Source: Podarcis cretensis (taxonomy: Eukaryota). Taken from it: a stretch of DNA of 64,000 bases. The stretch's first letter is position 1. Each line of letters begins with the position of its first letter. The notes under the pieces are model-generated. The model was not told the origin of the DNA, made no database searches, and worked only from the letters and a program-made list of their open reading frames with translations. Both the position numbers and the translations under genes were made by a program. The DNA lies in assembly GCA_951804945.1 (NCBI GenBank), contig OX638156.1:40486001-40550000 (forward strand), read 5' to 3'. Shown piece after piece: positions 14,695 to 24,700 of the stretch.

Positions 14695-17600
14695 TTCTTA
14701 TACCCCACCCATCTGGCCGGGCCTCCCCAGCCACTCTGGGCGGCTTCCAACAAAATACCAAAGAGTAATGCATCAAACATTAAAAGCTTCCCTAAACAGG
14801 GCTGCCTTCAGATGTCTTCTGAAAGTCTGGTAGTTGTTGTTCTCTTTGACATCTGGTGGGAGGGCATTCCACAGGGCGGGTGCCACTACCGAGAAGGCCC
14901 TCTGCCTGGTTCCCTGTAACTTGGCTTCTCGCAGTGAGGGTGCCCCCAGGTGTTGTGGACCATTTATTGTTTTATTTATTACATTTATACCCTGCCCTTC
15001 CTCCCAAACAGTGCCAAACAGCTGTAGCTTCCAGTATCTCTGACTGCTGGCTTTGCTGTCTAGGGCTGATGAGTGTTGTGGTCCAAAACATCTAGAGGGT
15101 ACCACATTGGTTATCCCTGGTGCATAGCTGAAAAGGAAAATGTTTCCAATATCAAATGCTTTGGAATCATTTCCCCTCAGGCTCTACATCTGCTGTCTTG
15201 TGTAGGCTGAGAATTCATTGCCATCCTTTCCAGTCACCTGACCATTTTGCATTTCTCCTTTTCTGAGAGCAGCCCAGCCACTGCTGGCAAGAACTGCAAT
15301 TCATCATAGTTTCAGTGATGCTGAGCTCCAACACTAGTTCAGTTGCCCTGCACTAGGCAATCTGAATGCTCAGTGCTTCTGGAAAAAGCAAGGGTGCTCA
15401 GTTTTGCGCAGTGTTTTGGCAAAAGGTGGGTGAGATAAAGCTGACCTGAATGGATTTCCATCCTGCAATGGAGTCACCACCATGGCAGCTCCTGACCTTG
15501 ACACTTCCTTACCTCTGCAGGTGACCTTCCGCAATGAAACGACTCAGGAGTTCCTGTTCTATTTGGTGACTTTTAAGGTCATCCCATGTGGCCCACTTGG
15601 CACCATTGAGCTGATGACCCCCGTGCGGCAAAGCACCTCATCTTCTGTGAAGGTTGAAAACCCTCTCCATGTCCCAGTGACCTTCAACACTGACTGCAAA
15701 GTGCCAGACATCAACATTCCCCCCCAGTTCATTGTCCCGGCTCAGTCGGAGGTATGAATTTGCCTTTGAAGTGGCCAAGAGCCTGGTCTTGCAGCTGCCT
15801 CAGCCAGCAATGGCCAAGACGGCTCTGCTGTCATTCGGCAGTCAGCAGAACTACATCTGGGTGATTGTTTCCTTTCCCTAAAATGTTTTGGTTCCACTTT
15901 GTATATAAATATAATAATATAATTATAATTATAAGTATAATAATAAATCTGGATTTCCCACCTGCTGCAGTCTGGCCTGGAGCCTGGCTCAGACCTGACA
16001 CAATCCCTGGGATAACTTTAGTCCTACCCTTCAGTTGCTGAAGGAACAAATCTTCTCACCCTCATATGTCCTTCTTCACTGATGAATCCAGGACTTCTTT
16101 CTCTTTTTCCATTTCTCTCCTGCTCCCTCACACACCCTCTTTTTCCTCCCACTGTCTCCTTATGGCACGCCTCTAAAAAACCCTTTCACCTTCCCTCCGG
16201 CGTTCTCCTGTGGAGATGCTCCCTCCTTCCCCATGTGTGCATTCTGCCTGCAGGAAGGACTGGTTGACTTTCTTTTCACATTTTGAAAGCAGCATGATAA
16301 GGAAGGGGAGGCAATTCACGAGTTACTGTCAGATGAAAACAAGCTCCTCACAGGAAGGGAAATGTCACTGCTGCTGCTGCTGCTGCTGCTGCTTCCAACA
16401 CCTCCAAGGTGTGGAACGCCCTCCTGTCCCCTGCCCCTCCCAGAGTCATCAGGCAGCCAGGACCTTTGGCATTGGTCTGGCTGTCACTGGCTAGATTGTC
16501 AAAAGGGATTTACTAGCATTGTTCAACAGTCCATACTGTTCTGTAGAACAGAAAGTGACCCAGCCCAACTGAAAATGGGAACATTTGGCCTCTAGAGATG
16601 TGATTTCTCTGTTATCACCTTACCTTCCAAGGAGCCTAGGGTGGTATACATGGTTCTCTCCCTCATTTAATCCCCACAATAACTATTTGAGGTATGTTAG
16701 ACTGAGAGACTGTGAGTGGCCCAAGGCCACTCAGTGAGATTCATGGCCAAGTGGGGAGACCTGCTCTCTCCCAGGTCCTAGTCTGACACTTTTAACCACT
16801 ATGCCATACTAACTCTCTAGCTCTCTATGCCTGCCTATTCTCTTGCCCATTCCTTGCCTGCCTTCCATGCTGCCCTCCCAGCCTGCCACCCTCATCAGCT
16901 TGCCTGCTGCTCAACTGTCTCTAGGTTGACCCACTGGCTGTGGTGCCTCTGTCCCAACCCTGCTCTTGAACCTGCCAGAATTTGCCCCTTCTGCTCTTCC
17001 ACATGCTCTCCCTTCTCTGCTGCTGCCCAGTGTTGGCCATGGATGCTGAACATTCATTCTTGCAGAGAAAGGGAGTTAGGTGGAGCCAGTCAGTCAGTGA
17101 CTGTCAAATCCCCCTCCACTTCTTGACTAGTTGCTTGTTCTGCCTCCTCCCCTCTTTTCTCAGGGGGTGCTTGTGTTTGAGTTCCAACCAATGAGGCCTG
17201 GAGAAGTTACTGGGCGCCTGTCCCTCTACAGCAATGAGCTGGGCTCCTTCCAGTACGACTTGATCCTGAAATCCACCCCAGCCCGGCCAGAGAAAGCCCT
17301 CTCCTTCTGCGCCATGCTGGGCAGCAGCCAGATTGTCTTTGCCAAGTTTGTCAACTACACCCGTCAGAAGACCGAGTACACCACCAAGGTGATTCCTGTT
17401 GCTGTGATGCCACTTCTAGTCCAAGTTGACAGACACAGAGCTTTCACCCACGGTAGCCTTTGCTTGTAGGCAAATCAACTTTCCCATCATCCCGCTCCAC
17501 TAGCTTATGATACTGCCACACCTTTGTGGCATTGTAGCTCTTGCTACAGGCCCTGCAGAAGCAAAATGCTTCCTCCCACCCCATCTTGGCCACAGTGCCA

Positions 17601-19514
17601 ACAAGCTTCTCTTCCCAACTAGCTGGAAAGCATGTGAACATCCCTCTGGAACTGCTTTCTGCTGAGTCAGACCTGTTAACATCTGCTTTTGCAGGCAGAG
17701 AAAGGTATTTCCCAGCCAGGGACGGAAGCAGGGACCATGTGCATATCTTACTTTATGATGTTTATACCCCGCCTTTCTCCAAACACCTCAAGGTAGCATA
17801 CACAGTTCTTTCCCATCCCAACAATCCTACTTGTGAGAGGTAGCGACACTAGCTGAGTCGGGGTTTGAAGTGAGATTCCCAAGTCTCTTTGACTCTCTGC
17901 AAAGCATTTGCTCTGCTGTCCTGAGCTGTGACCCTCCTGTTGCGTGTGCCACCCACTCCCAGCAGACAATGGCAAGGGTGGGGAAGGGCTGTTAAATTTA
18001 TCTGGACTTTGGCTCTGACACAGCTGAAATCTGCGCTAGCTGGTTGTGGGTCCCTCTCCCTACTCAATAGGTTTAACCCAGGCTGACTTGAGCAGTCAAA
18101 TGGTTGTTTATGTGTGTGACTGGGATGAGGTGAGGAGTTCTCCACGAGGAAACTTTGACTTTTCTTTGCAGAAGATGCAAGGAGTTCTATCAGTCTCCCC
18201 CTTGCTGCCAGGCAAATGAAAATTGCAGAGGAAGTGGAAAAGGTTTGAGGCAGCACGAAGGCAAGGGTGGATGTGACAATGCAGTGCAGTGCAAATTTGC
18301 AACTGAGAAAGCAAAGAGGCCTCTGGTCTTGAAAGAAAAAATGGCAGAAAGCCTGGCTGCCCACCTGCTGTGGTATATTGATGCCTTTCCTGCTGTTGCA
18401 CATGAAGCCTCATCACTTTTGAGAGTCCATCCTACACTTCAGGCTGTGTAATTTAGGCCAAACTACTGTGGAGAACCTACTCACCTTTTGGGTTCTGACA
18501 AATATCTCATCCTCCAGAATATTATAAATAAAAATAGCTGCTGCCAGGCTCCAGATTGTTTCCTTCTGTGCCCAAGTTTGGATTCTTCTCACAAGGAAGG
18601 ATTCTGGGTAAAAGGAGATCTGCCTTACGATGCCTGTGTTAGTTTTCAAAGGCTGCCAGGGTGAAATGCCTCTAGGTGCATGGGACCTACCCCCGCCTCT
18701 ATCCCTCCCTCCCCTCTCCAGGGAGACTCCTTGTTTTCAGAACACACCAGTACAATGGGTTGTGCTCTTCTGTCTGGGGTTGGTGGCTGATTGCTTCATT
18801 GCTCCAAAGGACAAAGGCATTGCAGGAGGAGTTTTGCCAGGGAGAGGAAGCAGTAACTGAGCCTGAGCACAACAGTAATGCAACCCAGTTTGTTTGTTCT
18901 GTTTTACTGGAGTTTGTTCTGACCCTCTGGACAAGACTTGAGTCAATAAGAAATGTTACGTTTGTCTGCTCTGTGGTACAACTGCAGCCACCAGACCAAC
19001 CAGACTGTGATTTCTCTCTTTCCAGCTTGACTGCCCTGACTTCCACGTGGATAAAGTCATCAATGCACCTGCAGGATCTCTAGGAGGCACTGAGGTCAGC
19101 GTGGAAGTAATCTTTGAGCCTTGCCAGTTGGGTGAATGCAAGGGAACACTTGTCCTTTCCTCAGCCATAGGAGGCGACTACGTCATCCCTCTCAGTGGCA
19201 CATCAATCCCTCCTAAACCACAGGGGCCTATTCAGATCAGGGCTGGCACCAGCACATCCATTCCCTTTAAGAATGTCTTCCTGCATCCCATGGCTTTCTC
19301 CTACATTGTGGAGAATTCTGCCTTCACTGTGAAGGCCACTGAGACTATTAAGGCTAAGAAATCAGCTACCATCCTAGTTTCCTTTGAAGGGAACCCAAGT
19401 GGCACCAAAGCCGCTGTCACCAGCAAGCTGGTTGTCTCTTGTCCTCGTGCAGCTGGGCTGGGCTCAGGAGTCTCCTGGGTTTATTATCTAAAGGGTATCA
19501 CACCTGAGAAATGA
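544..19514 (+). CDS. HYDIN: HYDIN axonemal central-pair apparatus protein, 3' part (last 15 coding exons, spliced; 5' part upstream of window)
   Basis: 15 GT-AG exons join in frame (3246 nt = 1081 aa + stop). The translation follows the vertebrate HYDIN C-terminus (FWTFLIPEHN, EIPITFYPRE, FFPLPDGTG, NWLNKPQRFRV, WVYYLKGI). It lies directly upstream of VAC14, as in human. Confidence 0.97.
995..1132 (-). mobile_element. L2-type LINE 3' end with (TTA)n tail
   Basis: Same sequence as the copies at 14653-14940 and 59065-59297 (ataccccgcccatctggctggg...cttccctaaaca). Confidence 0.75.
1348..1495 (+). CDS. HYDIN: HYDIN coding exon: (G)HEARESIDII...PMEGSIPPHS(R)
   Basis: ccctaag| acceptor, |gtaaa donor, 148 nt, phase 1->2. 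Confidence 0.92.
1891..2098 (+). CDS. HYDIN: HYDIN coding exon: LPIGILF...HRISFQE
   Basis: caccag| acceptor, |gtgag donor, 208 nt, phase 2->0. Confidence 0.93.
2530..3480 (+). mobile_element. Decayed L2-clade LINE ORF2 (reverse transcriptase) fragment
   Basis: Broken frames read PWYTTELR..., CTLDPCSSWLIK, LKKPSLD, DPFQLGFRP, LDLSAAFDTIDHGILL, with stops and frameshifts. Confidence 0.88.
3578..3799 (+). CDS. HYDIN: HYDIN coding exon: MQVSDYAQ...DVELKLQ
   Basis: gacag| acceptor, |gtaagg donor, 222 nt, phase 0->0. Confidence 0.93.
4018..4187 (+). CDS. HYDIN: HYDIN coding exon: ISHGPTFTC...NKDAKDA(S)
   Basis: ctcacag| acceptor, |gtaagc donor, 170 nt, phase 0->2. Absent from the ORF track; found by manual translation. 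Confidence 0.93.
5730..5776. repeat. (TAA)n microsatellite
   Basis: Direct reading; ends about 35 nt upstream of a HYDIN acceptor. Confidence 0.95.
5812..6010 (+). CDS. HYDIN: HYDIN coding exon: LECLFTNT...GKGIEMK
   Basis: ttcatag| acceptor, |gtgaga donor, 199 nt, phase 2->0. Confidence 0.93.
7019..7177 (+). CDS. HYDIN: HYDIN coding exon: IEVTEPHNK...ELQEQK
   Basis: ccacag| acceptor, |gtaagg donor, 159 nt, phase 0->0. Confidence 0.93.
8313..8470. mobile_element. Penelope-like element terminal fragment, between the arms of an inverted-repeat element (about 8250-8640)
   Basis: Resembles the reptile Penelope terminus as recalled (gggtagccatgctag...aacaaagag...agactgacacatttattatggc...ctacagtccacttcatcagatg). 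Flanking arms: catcaggatccatgg / ccatggatcctgatg. Confidence 0.6.
9029..9309 (+). CDS. HYDIN: HYDIN coding exon: VLSMTPCNE...NTGDIGV(G)
   Basis: tgacag| acceptor, |gtaaac donor, 281 nt, phase 0->2. Confidence 0.93.
10014..10233 (+). CDS. HYDIN: HYDIN coding exon: FKWDAKRF...VPQVKE
   Basis: pyrimidine tract + gaaaag| acceptor, |gtacaa donor, 220 nt, phase 2->0. Confidence 0.9.
10609..10733. mobile_element. Palindromic hAT-like MITE (ccagatgttttggga...tcccaaaacatctgg family)
   Basis: Internal inverted repeat; related pieces near 10930-11056, 15060-15110, 31815-31873, 44963-45093, 53856-53930, 57915-57980. Confidence 0.7.
11394..11606 (+). CDS. HYDIN: HYDIN coding exon: VVNFTCQVR...DNKKDQ
   Basis: cttcag| acceptor, |gtattt donor, 213 nt, phase 0->0. 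Confidence 0.93.
11815..11975 (-). mobile_element. MIR/CORE-like SINE fragment
   Basis: aatcctcgcaacag...ggctgagaggcagtgactggcctaaggtcacccagtgagtttcatggc; similar to 16615-16810. Confidence 0.65.
12373..12536 (+). CDS. HYDIN: HYDIN coding exon: GSIFFPLPDGTG...NWLNKPQ(R)
   Basis: tgttag| acceptor, |gtaaat donor, 164 nt, phase 0->2. Confidence 0.94.
12867..12910. repeat. (GGAA)11 microsatellite
   Basis: Direct reading. Confidence 0.95.
13341..13532 (+). mobile_element. 5'-truncated L1-type 3'UTR insertion with 17-bp TSD
   Basis: TSD GAGATTGATGGTCCAGC at 13324-13340 and 13533-13549; AATAAA plus A tail; GGAAGTC motif shared with the other two L1 ends. Confidence 0.85.
14281..14431 (+). CDS. 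HYDIN: HYDIN coding exon: FRVTVDMLKPE...GMYSAK
   Basis: tgacag| acceptor, |gtaaat donor, 151 nt, phase 2->0. Confidence 0.94.
14653..14940 (-). mobile_element. L2-type LINE 3' end with (TTA)n tail
   Basis: Minus-strand ORF ends ...RAFSVVAPALWNALP...FRRHLKAALFREAF, typical of the L2 ORF2 C-terminus. Confidence 0.85.
15521..15751 (+). CDS. HYDIN: HYDIN coding exon: VTFRNETT...VPAQSE
   Basis: ctgcag| acceptor, |gtatga donor, 231 nt, phase 0->0. Confidence 0.94.
16615..16810 (-). mobile_element. MIR/CORE-like SINE fragment
   Basis: Similar to 11815-11975 and to the SINE split by the L1 at about 45.1-45.8 kb. Confidence 0.65.
17164..17388 (+). CDS. HYDIN: HYDIN penultimate coding exon: GVLVFEFQP...TEYTTK
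   Basis: tctcag| acceptor, |gtgatt donor, 225 nt, phase 0->0. Confidence 0.93.
19026..19514 (+). CDS. HYDIN: HYDIN last coding exon: LDCPDFHVDK...WVYYLKGITPEK*
   Basis: ttccag| acceptor, 489 nt ending in TGA; matches the HYDIN C-terminus. Confidence 0.95.
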   Translation, partial: LDCPDFHVDKVINAPAGSLGGTEVSVEVIFEPCQLGECKGTLVLSSAIGGDYVIPLSGTSIPPKPQGPIQIRAGTSTSIPFKNVFLHPMAFSYIVENSAFTVKATETIKAKKSATILVSFEGNPSGTKAAVTSKLVVSCPRAAGLGSGVSWVYYLKGITPEK

Positions 19515-19989
19515 AACTGTGGAGAGCCACTGTGTTGTCTTGTTTCATTTAAGCATTGCCATAAGGAGAGAGAGAGAGCTAGACGGTCAGCGCATTGTCT
19601 TGCTTTTTGGTATTTGAGCCCCTGCGTCAAGCATCTTCCTTGCTTTTCTTAGGAGAAGGGAAAGTTGGCAATGCCTCTGTACCTTTTGGAAGGAGAGGGG
19701 AGGAAAGCCCTCTGTGATTGTCCTTGCGGCAGGCACGGAGGACAGCAGGGTGTGTTATACAGGGCTTCCACATGCAAGATTTCTGTCAGAACAAACCAAG
19801 TGTCTCCTTGTGTAAGGAGGGCAGCACACACCATACCAGGAATGTCCTTCTTCCCTTAACATTCCTCCAGTGTTCAATCTGCTGAATAAGTTAATGCAGC
19901 AGCATAAAACATCACCTGGAAATGTGCAAAATGAGCTTCTGCCTTGTATTCATGATAAGAATGTCTTGTTACATAAGATTTTATTTTGG

Positions 19990-20005
19990 AATAAAGGTTA
20001 TTAAA
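19990..20005 (+). terminator. HYDIN: HYDIN polyadenylation signal (AATAAA, with ATTAAA 10 nt downstream)
   Basis: AATAAA at 19990-19995 and ATTAAA at 20000-20005, about 480 nt after the stop, preceded by T-rich sequence. Confidence 0.7.
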
Positions 20006-21359
20006 CAAAACAAGAAACTGCTTGAAAGTTTGTCAGGACAAGGCTGCAGGTAGGATTCTGGGATCTGGTTGGGAGAGAGCCAGACCAAAAGCTTAATGTC
20101 TGCTCAGGTTGCCTGCAAACCGTTAGATGATTTGGATGGCAATAATCAGCTGTCAGTTCCCTCCATGGTAGAAAGTGGGAGAGGCAGAACAACCAAGACC
20201 TGTGACATCAGGGTTGTGCATAATGTCACATACCTGTCTGTAGACTCAGCTGTGCAAATGTGCAGGTTAGGCTGAGAGGGACAGCTGGCATCCTGATAAT
20301 CTGTTTCTGGAACTTCTGGCTGCAGAGATATATATAAGGGCATGGACAAAATATCCAGTGAAATATTTGACTCCAGAGGGGATAACAGGACTTCTCTTGG
20401 TGATAGTGATGGAGACCAGGGCCTCCTTGCTTATGACCCAGATGCTTTCCAACAAGGTGCTATTTGCCAGCATGCCTCTCTTCAGAACTGCCCTCCCCCA
20501 GTGTTGGCTCTGACAACATACTAGGGCCAAATAGAGAAAAGTGAGCCATTTCCACAAGTGGCTGATTCCTAATTGAGCAGCACAATCTCTGCCACTGCTC
20601 ACAGTTGTCCTAGTGCCAGGCTTTCATTTAAATAAACAGGTAGAGGGGGTTGTGCTGCCAGTCTTTCAAATGAAACTTAGGGACATGGGAGATAAGTATG
20701 GTTTTGACTGTTTCTCACTCAACATGCCATCATTTATGTTCCTTCAAATTGAAATGCTTTAAGCAGGCTAATGTCAGCACTTTCCAGAAGTTGTTGGGAC
20801 TCCCAAGTCTCCTCAGCTGGATGGCTGCAGGTTCGCCACCCCTCCTTTATAGCAATGCTCTGCAACAGAGGGTTGGGACAGCGGCATTATTTGCCAGAAT
20901 TTTAAAGGGGTCCCCAAATGTCTGTTTGGACGAAAGGTGGGATTCGAGTGTCAAACTGTTGAAGGCAATTAGTTTATACAGTAGAGTGAGGAAAATGCTG
21001 GGTCTACGAGACCCGCTGACATAAATGAAGGCGACTAACTTAAGCCATCTGTATCAGTGGGTCTATGAGCAGCACTGAGTTGGAGGCAGCCCAGAAAGGC
21101 AGAAAAGTGATTTATACTAGGTCAGGCCACCTGCGAGAGCTGCTGGTCCTTGGAGCTGGGCGATCCCGCTCCACAGCCCCAGAGGGGCGTCTGCCGATCC
21201 GGATGAGGCGTCGCTCGAAGGCGCTGGGCGAGATGCCCCATCAAGCCTCCCCGAGCTTCAAGGTGGACTGCGCCACCCTGACTGCGCCTTGATCGCTGGC
21301 GACGCGCAGGAGCCGGTTCGAGGACCGTATGAACGAAGAAAAGCGGCTCGGGGGAATGT

Positions 21360-21418
21360 GTCACGTGAGACCGCCGGGAAGGGGGGGAAAGCAGGAAGCA
21401 CCTGATATCTCACGTGAC
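21360..21418. promoter_or_regulatory. Two CLEAR-like / USF E-boxes (GTCACGTGAG) in inverted orientation
   Basis: GTCACGTGAGA at 21360-21370 and its reverse complement TCTCACGTGAC at 21408-21418. Confidence 0.7.
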
Positions 21419-21423
21419 TGGAC

Positions 21424-21445
21424 CAAGATGGCCGCCGCCTGGTAG
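21424..21445 (+). promoter_or_regulatory. YY1/TISU-like motif CAAGATGGCCGCC containing uORF ATG GCC GCC GCC TGG TAG
   Basis: Close to the YY1 consensus CAAGATGGCGGC; uORF spans 21428-21445. Confidence 0.6.
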
Positions 21446-21605
21446 CCGGAGAGAGAGGCGGGGAAGCGCCTCCTCCGCTACAGCAGCGCCAGTGCCTCCT
21501 TCCCGCCCACCTGCTCCTGCGCTCGGGAGCCGCTCGTCCCTTTCTCCCCTCTTTCCTTCCTTCCTTCCTTCCTTGAGGCCGGGGCAAGGCGGGACGACCG
21601 GCGCG

Positions 21606-21709
21606 ATGAACCCGGAGAAGGACTTCTCTCCGCTGACGCCGAGCATCGTGCGGGCCCTGAACGACAAACTCTACGAGAAGCGGAAGGTGGCGGCGCTGGA
21701 AATCGAGAA
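21606..21709 (+). CDS. VAC14: VAC14 exon 1 (coding part)
   Basis: ATG at 21606, |gtgagc donor, 104 nt. Confidence 0.97.
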
Positions 21710-24700
21710 GTGAGCGAGGGGGGCGGGCTGCCTTCCATTCACGCTCTTGGGCCGCTGAGGGGGCCCTTCTCGCACCGCACTGGCAGCAGCAGCCGCATTA
21801 GTAGTGCTCGGCAGGGTCTTTCCCCGCCCTTCCTTGAGGTGCCATTGGCGGGCCTTCAGCCGCTGAGCCCAAAGCCCTTTCCTCAGCGCCCGCCTCCCCT
21901 TGCTGAAGGGCTGGCCCGTAGGTGCTCCTGCTCCTCCTGTCACCGAAGGGCCTCATCCTTCTCTTGGAGCAGGCCTGAGCAGGGGCGGGAGTGCTGGTTT
22001 AGAGCGGGATCTACAAACAGCAGCTCTGAGGAAGTTGCTCCTCTTCTCTCAATTCTGTATTTCTCCGCTCTCACCACATACCAGGTATAGAGATCAAGCC
22101 TTGAAATAGGTGACACAGAGGCAGGCTGCTGTTCGTATGGTGGAGGAGCCTTATCCAGCCACAGAGAAAACCAAGCCTTTCTCCCTGCACGCACCTTGCA
22201 AAGCTACTTGTCAGCTTGAGTGGGCAAAACTAGGCGAGGTGGACTAGTTTTGGGGCTCCGTTTCATTTGTTCATAGAGGATTCATTTGTAGGCAAACAAG
22301 GTTGCTAATGTCCAGCTAAATTAAAAGAAATATATTCCTCATGTTAAACTGGAGCCAGATATGGACCTGGTGAGACATGATATAGCCTTCTTATTCTCCT
22401 GTTTTTAGGCTGGTGCGTGAATTTGTGGCTCAGAACAGCACAGCTCAGATCAAGCATGTGATTCAGATTCTTTCTCAGGAGTTTGCACTTTCCCAGCACC
22501 CACATAGTCGAAAAGGGGGGCTTATTGGCCTGGCAGCCTGCTCCATTGCTCTTGGGAAGGTAGGTGGTGTTGCTGTTTCTTTGACCCCATAGGAGGACAT
22601 GAGCCCTTGTCCTCTGTTAGAAGGGAGAGAGGCTGTCTGTTCTAACCTCACATTTGTTAAATAAAAATTATTTATCACAATCTCCCAAAAAAAGTTTTAT
22701 GAATAATTAAGCTCTAATGCTGATTTGGTGCAATGTTAAGAAATATCTCCAAGTAACATCTTCATATGTAGGGAAGCATTTAGTCAAGCTGTGTGCTGCT
22801 TCCAGCTGCCTTTGACCAATTTCCTTCCATTTTCCCTGACAAAATTTAGGCTTATTCACACATTACTTGGCTAATAAGGAACTCCAAGTTTTGAGCCACC
22901 TTTGGATGTTTTGGCATTGTCAGAAGGGAACAGGTTCCCTTCCCTCCCATCAGTGGCCAGAAAAGGCAAGGGAGATGGGACTTCTTGTTAGCAGAGTGAC
23001 GGCTCTTCCTACATTCCTGAAAAGAGGCTGAATTCTGGCCCATCTATCACTCTTTAAAATGGACTTTCTTGCCTTTGCTGCATAGTAAGGAGCTTTTGCT
23101 CTAGGTTTGGGGTGCCCATATTTTCTGGATTTGAGGACACATTTGGAAACTTAAGAAACTGTTGTGGGACCAACAAATGTTCATTTCACAGAACACAACT
23201 CTCCACAACAACTCTCCCATCTCATTTTTACAAAATGGACAAGTAATGGAGACTTTAGCACCTGTGTGCCTGAGGAATCTGTGTTGCCCACAAGCATGAT
23301 GTTGGTGACTCCAGCTATAGTCAGTGCCTAGGCATTCTGTTCTTAACCAGGTTTGCTGGCCCTATTCCAAGCCCCCACCCCCTACCCGGTGCACTTGCAA
23401 GAAAGCAGGGGCTCCACTCTGGTGTAGCCGCTGCTTAAGTCCATGGCTCCCCCCCCCCCTTATCCTTGTGTTTTGATTTGCAGGACTCTGGGCTGTACTT
23501 GAAGGAGCTCATTGAGCCTGTGCTGACATGCTTCAATGATGCTGACAGCCGCTTGCGGTACTACGCCTGTGAGGCCCTGTACAACATTGTGAAGGTGGCC
23601 AGAGGCTCTGTACTCCCCCACTTCAAAGTGCTGTTTGATGGCTTGAGCAAGGTAATGGGTTTTCTTGACAGGCCAATAATGTCTCACACATGTAAGGTCT
23701 CTGATGTCCTGTATATTCCTGCTCTGGGGCTCTTTGGAGGTGTGGGTGCTGATTCTGGACAACTGGGGCTGAGATGTGGCACTGAGGATCTCCATAAGCA
23801 TCCCCTAGAGGAAAATGTTCCTCCTACATTGTTGCCTTCACTCCAGTTCATCCTCCTAATACTAACATGTCTGCAGAAGAGTTCTGGGAACCTGGCGGAG
23901 AGTCTGGTCCAGGGGTCCATGAATGTGCTTTCCAGATCGCTCACGGCAACCATAGCTCGGATGGTGGGTGAGGGCTTGCCTCTGGCTTTGCACACTTTCT
24001 GGGCATTTCTGGAGCTCAGTTTATTGTCAGACAGGAGGTGGTGTCCCTGCCCCATTGTTGGGAGTCAATAGCCAACAGAAAATAGTTGTCTCTTGGTCAA
24101 GTCACTACTAGTGTCTTATGCACACGGCTCAGCCATACCACATACTCTCTCTGTTTTTCCTAGCTTGCTGCAGATCCAGACCCAAATGTCAAAAGTGGAT
24201 CTGAACTCCTGGACCGGCTTCTGAAGGTACAGTCCTTCCTGCTGACAGCAGCTCATGATGTGCTGGGGATAGGTTACAGGTGGAGGGATGCATATTTCCT
24301 GCATTAGTCTTGTTTGTGATCTCATGTAGAATCTGCTATCCTGGTTTTCAAGTTTTAAATATAGAAAGGTGCTAAAAAAGTGAGAATGTTCTTCAGGGTG
24401 TGATAGAAGTGATGAGTAATATGAAAAGTAATTTTGCAGAAAGTGGTGAGTTTGGGTGTCTGCCAGGGTCCCAGGCCAGGAGAGAGATCATGTTCTCAGC
24501 AGCCCTGCCATTCATGCTTTATATGAAGCACCTGAGAAGGCTGGAGACTGTGTTGGAACTAAGTACACTGGAATGTGGACCCAACTCCCACAGACAAACG
24601 CTTCTGTTAATTTTTCTAAGGGAATCAGAAATTTATGGGAAAGATGGGAAACCGAAACCAAGTTCATAAAGCAAACTGAGCATGCACAATGCACCTCTGG

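Larger units (their letters stand above)
21100..21960 (+). promoter_or_regulatory. VAC14: CpG island / VAC14 promoter and first exon
   Basis: Abrupt rise in GC and CpG density around the VAC14 ATG in otherwise CpG-poor DNA; boundaries approximate. Confidence 0.9.

Noticed and set aside
544-19514. HYDIN pseudogenisation or exon loss
   Set aside because: All 15 exons have canonical splice sites, compatible phases and no internal stops.
21414-21605. In-frame GTG-initiated N-terminal extension of VAC14 (ORF 21414..21713)
   Set aside because: GC-rich low-complexity UTR containing (TTCC)n. Homology starts at MNPEKD, and the GTG is inside a promoter E-box.
23461-23467. TATCCTT resembling a U12 donor
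   Set aside because: It lies in the pyrimidine tract of intron 2, lacks the leading G/A, and is not at an exon end.
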